Source: Nitrospinaceae bacterium (lineage in GTDB: Bacteria; Nitrospinota; Nitrospinia; Nitrospinales; Nitrospinaceae). Taken from it: a stretch of 64,000 nt of DNA. The stretch lies in assembly GCA_965237905.1 (NCBI GenBank), contig OZ250172.1:2592001-2656000 (forward strand), written 5' to 3'. The notes beneath the pieces are model-generated. The model made no database searches, was not told the origin of the DNA, and saw only the letters and a program-made list of their open reading frames with translations. Positions 1 to 9,097 of the stretch are shown in pieces; the stretch's first letter is position 1; every line of letters begins with the position of its first letter. Position numbers and translations under genes: made by a program.

Positions 1-21
1 GGGGAGCAAGATCAAAAATCT

Positions 22-285
22 CCTCTCCCCTCACAGGAAGCACCCACGGGATGACGGGCAGGGTGGGGGCGGTTTTGAATGGGGTCTTTATAAATGAAGT
101 GTCTTATAATTCCCCCTCACCTTAATCCTCTCCCCCTGGGGAGAGGAGATATCAAGCACGTCATCCTGACGCTTGAACGGCGACTTATGCAAAGCTCTCC
201 TTCACAAAGGGGGAGTTCAAATCCTGTGATCCTGTCCCCCTTCGACAGAGCCTGTCCTGAGCTTGTCGAAGGACTCAGGGTGACA
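22..285. repeat. Mosaic cluster of REP-like palindromic repeats (CCTCTCCCC..GGGAGAGG family and GTCATCCTGA..CTTCGAC..CTCAGGGTGAC family)
   Basis: 22-69 matches 20396-20443 (41/48 by eye); 112-150 matches 20902-20939; 160-285 resembles 12854-12991. Confidence 0.75.
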
Positions 286-361
286 CGGTTACGCGCGGAA
301 AAGTAACTCGGGTTGGTATTTCCAAAGGGAGAAGGTGGGGGAGATTGTAAAGAAGTCTGGA

Positions 362-436
362 AAACTTATTCCGGTCCGTGGTCACAGCGCTGGAAGGCTG
401 TGCCACTTTATGGGACCGGAAGTTTGTTTGTAATAG
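362..436. repeat. ~75 bp hairpin element downstream of pilX copy 1 (REP-like core GTGGCACAGCCTTCCA on the minus strand)
   Basis: Near-identical to 2247-2321; outer arms TTCCGGTCC..GGACCGGAA, inner arms GTGGTCACAGC..GCTGTGCCAC. Confidence 0.85.
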
Positions 437-441
437 TGTGC

Positions 442-1833
442 CTATACCTCGTTCCACGCAACCACGTCAATGACGACTGTAGTCGTGGGTGTGGTCAAAC
501 CGCAATCATACGTGATGGTAGGGTTACCAGAGATTGTGTTTGATCCGTTCACCAGATTTTCTACATTAGCAATGTTGTAAGCCATTATGGCCCCAGTCAT
601 ATCGGCATTTCCGCTCACGTCTATCTGCTCGATAGCATAGAATACACCTTGGACAGTCTGACCGGAGTTGCCATTGAATTTGACGTCAGTACCCCCGATG
701 AAATATAAATTTTGAATATCCACCGGATGGCTGGGATTCCTCTTGTTTACGATATTATCATTCCCGGACACGTCAACGTAGCCGGTGGCGACGAGGGTTA
801 GCTCCCACTTGTTACCGGGCGTACCCGCGGTACCATTGTTCATTGAAACGTTCCCTTCAATATAAATAAAAGCGTCCAAAGCATCATTGCCGCTATTATT
901 TACCCATTTTTGAGGGCCGATTTGATATTTCCAGCCGTTCCAGCCTGGACCTGAACCGCTACCGATTGGGCCGGCGGCTGGGTCGTGGTCGTCATAGACA
1001 TTTCCGTCTGCCTTGAATATGTAATCCGCGTAGGGTTTAAATTCAGTGACATCGAGAAAGGGGACTATAATCTCAGCTTGACTACTTAAAGCCACTCCAG
1101 TAACGGTTGCAGTCCCTGGGTCCGTGGTCCCGGTAGAGGTGGCATTTCCGTTAACGGTCCCACTTGCCCCTGACAGAGTTAAATCACCGTTGGCATGAAC
1201 GTTGCCACAAGCTCCAGTGACAGTCGAGTTCCCTGAAATAGTAAGATCTCCGTTCGTGGTGACCGCACCTATTGGAATGCCGGGAGGATTGAAAACCAGG
1301 GCTTCCACCCTGGTGGTGGTGCCATCAACAATCCCCACTGCCGACAAGAAAACCATGTTGTCCTTATCTGTCGTCAGGTCACCATCGCCATCATCATTGT
1401 CAAAGGCCCGGATATAATAGGTAGTGCCATTTAAGACTGCCGTGTCATACAGGTTGCCATCATCTACGGGCAAAGCGACCGGTGCCCCGAGGCCGAAGGT
1501 GCCGTTATCGTCATTTTCGGAATCACTGGGCGTTGCAGTTACCAGGTCGTCCGGACCGGCCAGAGCCGCTCTCAGGGAAGTCTCCTCGGTCAGGAATTTG
1601 GCATGCTCCAATCCCGCCTCGGCGACAAAAAACGCTTCCCGGTTATCCTTGAAATTACTGGTCCGGTCGATTTCTCCTGTGGTCAATCGTATGGCCGCAG
1701 GTATCAGGGCGATCATGACAGTCATGAGGAGCAGGGCCGTAACCATCGCGAACCCGGATTCATTATAAAGAGACTGGGAAAGAAAACCCTTCCCAGGGGG
1801 GTGACGGGTGATTTTATTTTTGGTGGCTATCAT
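442..1833 (-). CDS. pilX: PilX-family type IV minor pilin with long C-terminal extension (copy 1)
   Basis: NESG|FAMVTALLLMTVMIAL prepilin-like segment without E5; AFFVAEAGLEHA PilX N-terminal motif; start placed at ATG 1833, downstream of the sigma54 site. Confidence 0.8.
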   Translation of the reverse strand: MIATKNKITRHPPGKGFLSQSLYNESGFAMVTALLLMTVMIALIPAAIRLTTGEIDRTSNFKDNREAFFVAEAGLEHAKFLTEETSLRAALAGPDDLVTATPSDSENDDNGTFGLGAPVALPVDDGNLYDTAVLNGTTYYIRAFDNDDGDGDLTTDKDNMVFLSAVGIVDGTTTRVEALVFNPPGIPIGAVTTNGDLTISGNSTVTGACGNVHANGDLTLSGASGTVNGNATSTGTTDPGTATVTGVALSSQAEIIVPFLDVTEFKPYADYIFKADGNVYDDHDPAAGPIGSGSGPGWNGWKYQIGPQKWVNNSGNDALDAFIYIEGNVSMNNGTAGTPGNKWELTLVATGYVDVSGNDNIVNKRNPSHPVDIQNLYFIGGTDVKFNGNSGQTVQGVFYAIEQIDVSGNADMTGAIMAYNIANVENLVNGSNTISGNPTITYDCGLTTPTTTVVIDVVAWNEV

Positions 1834-1869
1834 CTTAATATTCCTCTTATTATTGGTTATGGGATATAT

Positions 1870-1885
1870 TGCAATCCCCAAGCCA
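1870..1885 (-). promoter_or_regulatory. sigma54 (-24/-12) promoter for pilX copy 1
   Basis: Minus strand TGGCTTG-GGGA-TTGCA with exact GG-N10-GC spacing, 37 nt upstream of the ATG. Confidence 0.65.
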
Positions 1886-2246
1886 AAACTGAATAATGAT
1901 TAGGAATAAATTGAAAGTAGATGTAGTGTTATTTTTTACAAGTACTTCGGGAAACCGAATTTTTAGGCCTGAGAAAGGCTCTCTAACGAATACCCCAAGT
2001 GAGTTATAATATATTACAATTTCGTAACAATAATCATACAGGAGTCGAATGAGCATTCTAAAATACGAGGGGGATTCTTCTGATATTTTATAACTATTTG
2101 AAAATAAAGATGATGTTTACAGTTTAAAAGTGGGAGGTAGAACCTTGGGGCATTTGGGGGAAACGGGCAGATTGTATGAAAATTCACAACTACAGAGGTT
2201 GAACCGATAAGTCTTTGAAAAAGTGGGTAGGAGGGGGGTGGGGAGA

Positions 2247-2321
2247 AACTTATTCCGGTCCGTGGTCACAGCCTTGGAAGGCTGTGCCACTTTATGGGAC
2301 CGGAAGTTTGTTCGTAATAGT
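2247..2321. repeat. ~75 bp hairpin element downstream of pilX copy 2
   Basis: Near-identical to 362-436. Confidence 0.85.
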
Positions 2322-2323
2322 AC

Positions 2324-3700
2324 CTATAACTCGTTCCACGAAACCACGTCAAGGTTGACTGAGGTAGTAGGTGTGAACAAACCGCAGCTGTAAGTGACTT
2401 GAGAGCTACCAGAGATTGCGTTTGAGCTTACCAGATTTTCTGCGCTTCCACCGTTATAAGCCATTAAGGCCCCAAGAAAATCGGCATTTCCGCTCAGTTT
2501 TAACTGCTCCCAGGCATAGACAAAACCCTCGATATTCTGATTGACCGCGCCTGCTAAATCGACATCGGTACCTGCAGCTATAAATAAATTTTGAATATCT
2601 GGCGGAAGGGCAGGATCCTTTTTGTTTATGATATGCTCATTTCCGCCTATTGAAACAAAGCCGGTGGCGACAAGGGTTAGCTCCCACTTGTCACCTGCGT
2701 TACCCGAGTCAATATTGCTTATATCGACATTCCCTTCCACATAAATGAAAGCGTCCACAGCAGCAAAACCGTTGCCATTTCTCCATTTTTGTTGGGCCAT
2801 GTTATGAGACCAATCGGCCCAGATTGGGCCGGCGACAACAGGGTCTCCATTTTTATCCTCGATAGTTCCGTCTGATTTAAATACGTAATCCGCATGATCT
2901 TTGTATTCAGTGACGTCGATATTGGGGACTGGAACCTCAGGTGCACCACTTATAGCCGATCCATTAACGGTTGCAGTACCTACGTCCGTGGTTCCGGTAG
3001 AGGTGGCATTGACATCAATGATCGAAGTACTTCCTGACAGAGTTAAATCACCATTGGCATGAATGCTGCCACAAGCTCCCATTACATGAGTGTCGCCGCC
3101 ATAAGTAGTATCTCCGTTAGTCGTGACCGCAGCTACTGGAAGTCCGGGAGGATTGTAAACCAGGGTTTCAACCGAGGTGGTGGTGTTATCAACGATCCCT
3201 ACTGCGGACAGGAAAATCATGTGATCGAAATCTTTCGTCAGGTCGCCATCGCCATCATCGTTGTCCCAGGCCCGGATATAATAGGTGTTGCCTTTGTAGG
3301 TCACCTCGTCATAGACGAATCCATCGGGTCCGGTGAACAAGGTTCCGGCGCCAAAAGTACCGTTATCGTCGTCATCGGCGGCAGTACCGGTCACTGCAGT
3401 TATAAGATCGTCCGGACCCTTCAGAACCAATCTTAGGGTACTCTGCCCGGTCAAGTATTTGGCATGTTCCAATCCTGCCTCGGCCAGGAAAAATGCTTCC
3501 CGGTTTTCCTCGAAATCACCGGTCCGGTCCATTTCTCCCGTGGTCAATGATATGGCTGCAGGTACCAGGGCGATCAGGACGACCATGAAGAGCAGGGCCG
3601 TAATCAGCGCCACGCCAGATTCGTTGGCCAACGTCCGGATGCCGGAAGATTTACTTCCGTTAAAATCTTCAATTTTATAGTTTTTCAGATGTTTATTCAT
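2324..3700 (-). CDS. pilX: PilX-family type IV minor pilin with long C-terminal extension (copy 2)
   Basis: NESG|VALITALLFMVVL; AFFLAEAGLEHA; overlaps the pilW stop; colinear paralog of 442-1833. Confidence 0.82.
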   Translation of the reverse strand: MNKHLKNYKIEDFNGSKSSGIRTLANESGVALITALLFMVVLIALVPAAISLTTGEMDRTGDFEENREAFFLAEAGLEHAKYLTGQSTLRLVLKGPDDLITAVTGTAADDDDNGTFGAGTLFTGPDGFVYDEVTYKGNTYYIRAWDNDDGDGDLTKDFDHMIFLSAVGIVDNTTTSVETLVYNPPGLPVAAVTTNGDTTYGGDTHVMGACGSIHANGDLTLSGSTSIIDVNATSTGTTDVGTATVNGSAISGAPEVPVPNIDVTEYKDHADYVFKSDGTIEDKNGDPVVAGPIWADWSHNMAQQKWRNGNGFAAVDAFIYVEGNVDISNIDSGNAGDKWELTLVATGFVSIGGNEHIINKKDPALPPDIQNLFIAAGTDVDLAGAVNQNIEGFVYAWEQLKLSGNADFLGALMAYNGGSAENLVSSNAISGSSQVTYSCGLFTPTTSVNLDVVSWNEL

Positions 3701-4608
3701 AATCCCATATTCCTCAAATGGATGTCAGTCACTAAAGTTGTGGTTTGATCGGCGTGAACGGGGTCCGTTGTGGTGATCGAGACTTGTACCTTGCGTATTT
3801 CCTGGGTCAAACCCGTACTATCGTCAGGGTCAGTCAAGGGAAGGGCGGCGGGAAGGATCTCGACTCCGTCCTGATCGAAATAGCGGAACACCAGACCCGC
3901 CACATTGGTCGCTATGGTGGTCGTCGTGTCATCCCCGACGGCGGCGGTGCCTTGATCGTCCGTAAAAGTGATCGTCTGAGGACCCGAGTTAAAGGTGTAA
4001 GTAAATGTATGGAATTTGTTGACCACCGCAGGGACGCCGCTTGAAATAGGATTGAGTGGAAAGTTGTTTGCGGAGCCGAGACCGATAACGTCATAGGTCG
4101 CAGGAGGAACATCGCCCCAGTCAAAGTTGTTTATCACTACAGCGACCGGGCCCTGGCGCCAACTAGCCGGGGCATTCACATCGAAATAAACCACGGTGTC
4201 GTCTACAAGAAATATAGTGGGTGCGGTGAAAGCACTGTTAAGCGGCACAGTGATGCCGGTTGAAAGAGCAGCGCTGTCCCGAGCGGCATAGAGCTTAACA
4301 TCCTCTGTATTGGCCCGGAAGGTGAAGGTTGTGACGTCGGCATTGGTAATTCCGAGTGCAGGTCGGCCGGCACCCGAGTCGCCGGGAGGAAACCCTAAAC
4401 CTGCCAGGCGGATATTAGGTACTATATCGTCCATGGCCAGGCGGGCAGAATCCCTCAATTGCAGGTTTGTATTCTCATCCCGCAATAATTGGTCCTGCTG
4501 GGTATAGGTGTACATCGCGCCCCCCAATATAACGAGCCCCAATGCCATTGCCAACAGCATTTCAATCAGAGTAAAACCCTTTTCGTTTTTTACCTGCCTA
4601 TCGATCAT
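3697..4608 (-). CDS. pilW: PilW-family type IV minor pilin
   Basis: NEKG|FTLIEMLLAMALGLVIL N-methylation motif; DIVPNIRLAG; lies between pilV and pilX. Confidence 0.85.
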   Translation of the reverse strand: MIDRQVKNEKGFTLIEMLLAMALGLVILGGAMYTYTQQDQLLRDENTNLQLRDSARLAMDDIVPNIRLAGLGFPPGDSGAGRPALGITNADVTTFTFRANTEDVKLYAARDSAALSTGITVPLNSAFTAPTIFLVDDTVVYFDVNAPASWRQGPVAVVINNFDWGDVPPATYDVIGLGSANNFPLNPISSGVPAVVNKFHTFTYTFNSGPQTITFTDDQGTAAVGDDTTTTIATNVAGLVFRYFDQDGVEILPAALPLTDPDDSTGLTQEIRKVQVSITTTDPVHADQTTTLVTDIHLRNMGL

Positions 4609-4624
4609 GTAAAAACCTCAAAAA

Positions 4625-5041
4625 TCAATTATTGATGTAAGTGTTTATAACGACTTGGGAATTTCCCACGGCGTCCCAAGCGACAGTAACCGCGATATCA
4701 TCCGGTGTGGTGAGAACGGTATCGTCAACGGTCCAGGTCAGTGTGTAGATTTCTCCGGACTGTGGGCTGGCCCCAAGTTCGGCTCCAGAGGTATCTATGG
4801 CGATGCCTACAGCGTTACTGTCCGCTACGGTCAAGTCGACTTGCCGCGCTTGGTTGCGCAAATCCTCGATTTTTTGTTGAGCGATGGACGTGGCCATGGT
4901 TTTGTGTTCATTGCCTGCATTCCGGGTCACCAGGTTGCCCAAAAAGGTACCCATCGCAAGCAAGCCGAATACCAGAATGAGGCCGGCGATTAACACTTCG
5001 ATCAGCGTGAATCCTGAAGAGTTATCGATTTTTTGTTTCAT
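4625..5041 (-). CDS. pilV: PilV-family type IV minor pilin
   Basis: SSG|FTLIEVLIAGLILVFGLLAM; ATSIAQQKIEDLRN; VTVAW. Confidence 0.85.
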   Translation of the reverse strand: MKQKIDNSSGFTLIEVLIAGLILVFGLLAMGTFLGNLVTRNAGNEHKTMATSIAQQKIEDLRNQARQVDLTVADSNAVGIAIDTSGAELGASPQSGEIYTLTWTVDDTVLTTPDDIAVTVAWDAVGNSQVVINTYINN

Positions 5042-5178
5042 TGTTTACCTGATAAGTTGATTTAATAATGAACTTGAAACCAGCACCGCTTAAGCCATTG
5101 ATATGTTGGCTTATAAAAATAGTATAAAGCCGATTTCCTGCACATTCATAACTTTCTGCAATTACTTGGGTAAATCTA

Positions 5179-5194
5179 TGCAAATCTCAAGCCA
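5179..5194 (-). promoter_or_regulatory. sigma54 promoter for pilV-pilW-pilX
   Basis: Minus strand TGGCTTG-AGAT-TTGCA; TGACAA..TTGTCA-like sites at 5314-5349 could be enhancer-binding sites. Confidence 0.65.
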
Positions 5195-5502
5195 ACTCTC
5201 CCCTGATTTATCTGAATAAAGGAGTCCCCCAATAACCTATTGAATTCTTAGGGTATGGGAGGTAATGAAACCTGAGAGGTCTTTTAATGGGTATACCTAA
5301 TACCCCATTAGGGTGACAAAATTAGAAAATAAAATTACAAAAATTGTCAAAATGTTTCATTTCTGGGAATTGATTGAGCGACGGAGGACGGACTTAGAGG
5401 TAAATCATTAATTCTTAATGGGTTGCAATATCGCACGACTGAGGAAGTGGGCGGCCTGGAAATCTGACTTCTGTCTACATTTGTTTAACTCGGGGTTGGA
5501 GC

Positions 5503-6072
5503 TCACTTCCAAGGCGGGGAATCGGCGGGGGAAATCTTCAAAACAGATATTTCTCCGTTGGCGCCAATTATTTTTAATGCCCGGATATCGGCATTACTGT
5601 GTGCCACATCCCTTTTGGCAATAAAATAAACCGCGCCGGTACTGCTGGCCTTGCCGCTGGGCTCGAAGTAAATCTTTTTCTTGCCGCCTGTAAACTCAAT
5701 CGGGTGGGATATGGTTCCTGTTCCCCAGACGTTCTCGACGGGTGGCTCCAGAGTGATTCCAAACTGGATTTCGGGGTTCAGTTTGATTTTACGGGTGGGC
5801 TCACCTGTATCTGCAGTCCCGTTTTTGTTGGTGTCTTCAAAGACCGTATATCCGGAGGTTCCATGAAATTCAATCCAAACCCGGTGTTTGGTTTTTACCG
5901 CCGTATTTTTTGCTGTTTCAAGATTGTAATACAGCTTGGAAATCTCATCGCCGATTGCCGATCCTTCATCCCAACTCATGAACCGGGGAAGGGCGTAAAC
6001 GATCAGGATGATGGTAATGATGACGCCGGTAACGATTTCAGCGAGGGGCAGTGGTTTTTTTTCTTCAGCCAT
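5503..6072 (-). CDS. FimT/GspH-like pseudopilin with degenerate leader
   Basis: E-containing hydrophobic helix LAEIVTGVIITIILIVYALP; LETAKNTAVK; VFEDTNKNG; IYFEPSG; lies upstream of pilV. Confidence 0.7.
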   Translation of the reverse strand: MAEEKKPLPLAEIVTGVIITIILIVYALPRFMSWDEGSAIGDEISKLYYNLETAKNTAVKTKHRVWIEFHGTSGYTVFEDTNKNGTADTGEPTRKIKLNPEIQFGITLEPPVENVWGTGTISHPIEFTGGKKKIYFEPSGKASSTGAVYFIAKRDVAHSNADIRALKIIGANGEISVLKISPADSPPWK

Positions 6073-6208
6073 ATACGGGATGCGGGGTTGGAATTCAGAC
6101 AAAACGTTCCATTTATTGTAACAAATGAATTTTCATTCAGAAATAAAATGTAGGGAATATCCGGCGCCTCCGACTCAACACTATACGAATTTTTAGGAGG
6201 TATGGACG

Positions 6209-6574
6209 ATGAGCACATTGGAAAGCGTTGAAGCCATCATAGATAAAATTCCCTGCCCGATATGCCTGAACTCCCGCTTCGAGGCCAGCCTCAGTTGCGA
6301 CCTGCCGAAAGCCCCCTGCGACGTTCACGCGCTCTGTGGCCACTGCGGCTATCGTTTTGTCGTCACCAACGATACCCGGACGATGGAGGAGTTGTGGCCG
6401 AAGATTCAACAGGAGGTCAAAAAGAACAGGTGCCCGGAATGCGGCGACGACCAGTTCAGCCTGGAGTTTTTGTGCGACTTGAAATCGGAGGATTGCTATT
6501 TTCTGGTGCGTTGCTCGAACAAGGGCCATTACAGCCGGGTGAGCCGCGATTCCATCCAGTACCTGTTCGGCTGA
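6209..6574 (+). CDS. Cys-rich double zinc-ribbon-like protein
   Basis: 11 Cys including CPIC, CGHC and CPEC; AGGAGG RBS upstream. Confidence 0.7.
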   Translation: MSTLESVEAIIDKIPCPICLNSRFEASLSCDLPKAPCDVHALCGHCGYRFVVTNDTRTMEELWPKIQQEVKKNRCPECGDDQFSLEFLCDLKSEDCYFLVRCSNKGHYSRVSRDSIQYLFG

Positions 6575-6583
6575 GGCAGGCGG

Positions 6584-7114
6584 TTACTGGATCTGCGGAT
6601 TGATGGGAATGAGCTGGGCGTTCATCTCCTTTTCGGAGGTCAGGCGGTCGAGAGCCGCGTACAGCGGGTCCAGCCCCTTGGAGACGGTGCCCTCGATATG
6701 CAGGTAATAGGTTTTGTTTTGTGATCCCTTTTCCGGGTCGGTATTCGAATCGAGATGCAGGATGTTCAACCCCGCCTCCGCAAGCGCGGTGGTCACGTCT
6801 TCCACAATACCCAGCCGGTCATTGGCATACACGCTGATCCTTACGTCCGGTTCGACATAGTGTTCCATACCGCCGGACAGTTCATCGATATGCGGGGTGA
6901 GGGTTAGCGCCTGGCTGATCGGCTGGACGATTGCTTGTAACCGTTCGATAGGTCCGTCCCATTGCACCATGACCATGATGGAGAAGTTGGTTCCCAACCG
7001 CGCCATCGAGGAATCTCCCAGGTTGCATCCGGCCTTGCACAAGGCCGCACTGACCTGGGCAACCAGTCCCGGCCGGTCTTTCCCCACCAATGACAGCATG
7101 TACCAACGTTCCAT
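6584..7114 (-). CDS. gcvR: GcvR-like tandem ACT domain protein
   Basis: LSLVGKDRPGLVAQVS...CNLGDSSMARLG; second ACT domain NDRLGIVEDVT. Confidence 0.75.
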   Translation of the reverse strand: MERWYMLSLVGKDRPGLVAQVSAALCKAGCNLGDSSMARLGTNFSIMVMVQWDGPIERLQAIVQPISQALTLTPHIDELSGGMEHYVEPDVRISVYANDRLGIVEDVTTALAEAGLNILHLDSNTDPEKGSQNKTYYLHIEGTVSKGLDPLYAALDRLTSEKEMNAQLIPINPQIQ

Positions 7115-7353
7115 AGTTCCCGTGCCTTTTATTTGTGGAATCAGATTTGCGGGCCACATTGTGGCAAAAAACAGCGGGCGTGTAAAGTGCGGCAAGAGGT
7201 ATGAAGTTTTAAAATGACCCGCGAAGGCACTCCGCATTCCCATTTTTTTCGCATGCGTACAGGTCATTGTTTTTCAATTCAATAGATGGTTCCCGGCTTC
7301 AGGATGCGGTTTATTTGATAGGCGGCATCAAGAATTGCCCTATACTTATTGGC

Positions 7354-7968
7354 ATGATTAGAGATTGGATTTATAAAATCAGTTCGTTAAGGCTTTGGAC
7401 ATGGATCGGCAATTTATGGCTGAGGGTGCACTACAGCTGGTCCAATATGAGGATCAGGATGTCCACATTCTGGTCTTTGACCGACCGGAGCCTGTGGTTT
7501 GTTTTCGGCGCATTGGGCCTGGTGTTCACCACGATGGGTCTGCTGATGTACAGCACCATCGATGGCAAGGAGGTCAATCGCGATCTCACCTGTCTGGCGC
7601 GCAATGTGTATTACGAAGCCCGCGGCGAGTCCGAGAAAGGGAAATTGGCAGTGGCCAAGGTGACCCTCAACCGTGTGAGCTCCAGCCGTTTTCCCAATAC
7701 CATTTGTGAGGCGGTGTATGAACAGCGGTGGGATAAACGCCGCCGTCGGTATGTCGGTGCTTTCTCCTGGACCGAGTTTGATACGGTTCCACAACTGAAA
7801 AGCAAGGAATGGAAGATCGCCTGGAAAGTGGCGGAAACCGTTTACGAAAATCCGGAATCGGTCCAATTAAAGGGAGCTTTGTTTTATCACGCCACGCGCA
7901 TCAAACCGAGATGGGCCAAACAAAAGAAACGCATCAGAAAAATCGGTCGTCACATCTTTTATCGGTAA
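7354..7968 (+). CDS. Cell wall hydrolase, SleB/Hydrolase_2 family
   Basis: CLARNVYYEARGE, VAKVTLNRV, FPNTICEAVY, GALFYHA, IGRHIFY; start uncertain. Confidence 0.88.
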   Translation: MIRDWIYKISSLRLWTWIGNLWLRVHYSWSNMRIRMSTFWSLTDRSLWFVFGALGLVFTTMGLLMYSTIDGKEVNRDLTCLARNVYYEARGESEKGKLAVAKVTLNRVSSSRFPNTICEAVYEQRWDKRRRRYVGAFSWTEFDTVPQLKSKEWKIAWKVAETVYENPESVQLKGALFYHATRIKPRWAKQKKRIRKIGRHIFYR

Positions 7969-8174
7969 CGCTACCCCCGGGTCCTGCTCAGGACGCTTCT
8001 TGATTGCCAAATCACCCTGAAATTGTCGCAACCCCCTTATCAAGAGTAATTTTTTCTAATAAATCGACAAAAAATACTCCCATTGGGGGTTTTTGCAGGC
8101 CATTGAATTTGAAGGGCTTCAGGCCCAAGATTCGGTTCTGCGGGGAATCTTAAATGATGGATTTATATGGATAA

Positions 8175-8203
8175 TTGACAACCTGTCAGAATCTTCTTAC
8201 AAT
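8175..8203 (+). promoter_or_regulatory. Near-consensus sigma70 promoter with an overlapping TGACA-N3-TGTCA palindrome
   Basis: TTGACA-17 nt-TACAAT upstream of 8272. Confidence 0.7.
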
Positions 8204-8271
8204 TTAAGTAAGTGTAAAGGTTTAGATTTACATTGAATTATTTGAGCTTAACAGAATAGGAGACTCAGAAA

Positions 8272-8511
8272 ATGGATAAGTTTGATGATGTTGTCAAATG
8301 GATCAAAAAGGCGACCGAAGCGGGTGTTGCGTTAGTGGCCTTGGCCATCGTCCTTCAAGTTTTGTTTGGGAAGGCCGTTCCCTTCATTGGAGGTGACGTG
8401 ATTGGCAGTATCACCGGATTCGTTGCCGCCCTGGGTGCGCAAGGTCTGGTAGGTTTGGCCGCTGTCGGTGTGATTTATGCGATTTTCACGCGTCCGGCAC
8501 TGAGCAAGTAA
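8272..8511 (+). CDS. Small hydrophobic membrane protein (paralog 1)
   Basis: AGGAG RBS; two hydrophobic helices; clear paralog of 8623-8856. Confidence 0.85.
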   Translation: MDKFDDVVKWIKKATEAGVALVALAIVLQVLFGKAVPFIGGDVIGSITGFVAALGAQGLVGLAAVGVIYAIFTRPALSK

Positions 8512-8622
8512 GTTTTCTGGAAAATTTTTTGTAGTATTTAACAATAGTCCACTCGATCAACAATGAATATTGCTTTGGATGGACTATGCTTTTGTTGAAT
8601 TAAAAAATTTTAGGAGAAGAAA

Positions 8623-8856
8623 ATGTTAAACAATATGGATAAGGTGTTTAAGACAATTACTGACGTGGGAATTGCTTTGCTGGGTCTGGTTATTGTTGCT
8701 CAGATTCTGTTTGGTAGCTCTATTCCCTTTTTTAGCGGCAATGTGATTAATAGCATTGCTTCAGTTATTTCTACTCTTGGAGCGCAAGGTCTGGTCGGCC
8801 TGTTGGTCGTTTGGTTGATCTATGCGATTTTCACCCGACCTGTAGGGCAAAAATGA
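8623..8856 (+). CDS. Small hydrophobic membrane protein (paralog 2)
   Basis: AGGAG RBS; shares LFG..PF..G.VI.SI, LGAQGLVGL and IYAIFTRP with paralog 1. Confidence 0.85.
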   Translation: MLNNMDKVFKTITDVGIALLGLVIVAQILFGSSIPFFSGNVINSIASVISTLGAQGLVGLLVVWLIYAIFTRPVGQK

Positions 8857-9005
8857 CCCGATTTTCGGGTTTGTTGCTCCATAATCATAGTTCCTCTTTT
8901 GGGAGGATCAGTTTGTGGAACCTGTTGGAAGGAAAACACTTATAAATGGAAGGCTTGTTGCAACTCCTATTTTTCTTAATACTGCTGATCCATACTCCTC
9001 CTGCT

Positions 9006-9053
9006 TCAAGCCTTCTCCTTCCAGCGCCTCACATCTTTTAGGTATTTTTCCCT
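9006..9053 (-). pseudogene. Displaced duplicate of the MBL hydrolase 3' end (REKYLKDVRRWKEKA*)
   Basis: 39/48 identical to 9850-9897 (REKYLKDVRRWKGKA*). Confidence 0.85.
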
Positions 9054-9097
9054 GAAAAATATTCCTCATAAATTATCCGCGCAAATTGTCATGAGAA

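Noticed and set aside
94..306. Short ORFs at the left edge, plus 43869-44051 and 44705-44887
   Set aside because: Translations of REP-like repeats or of the duplicated gene terminus
362..436. Diversity-generating retroelement target (hairpin after a variable gene end)
   Set aside because: Differences between the pilX ends are not adenine-specific, and there is no reverse transcriptase or template repeat in the window
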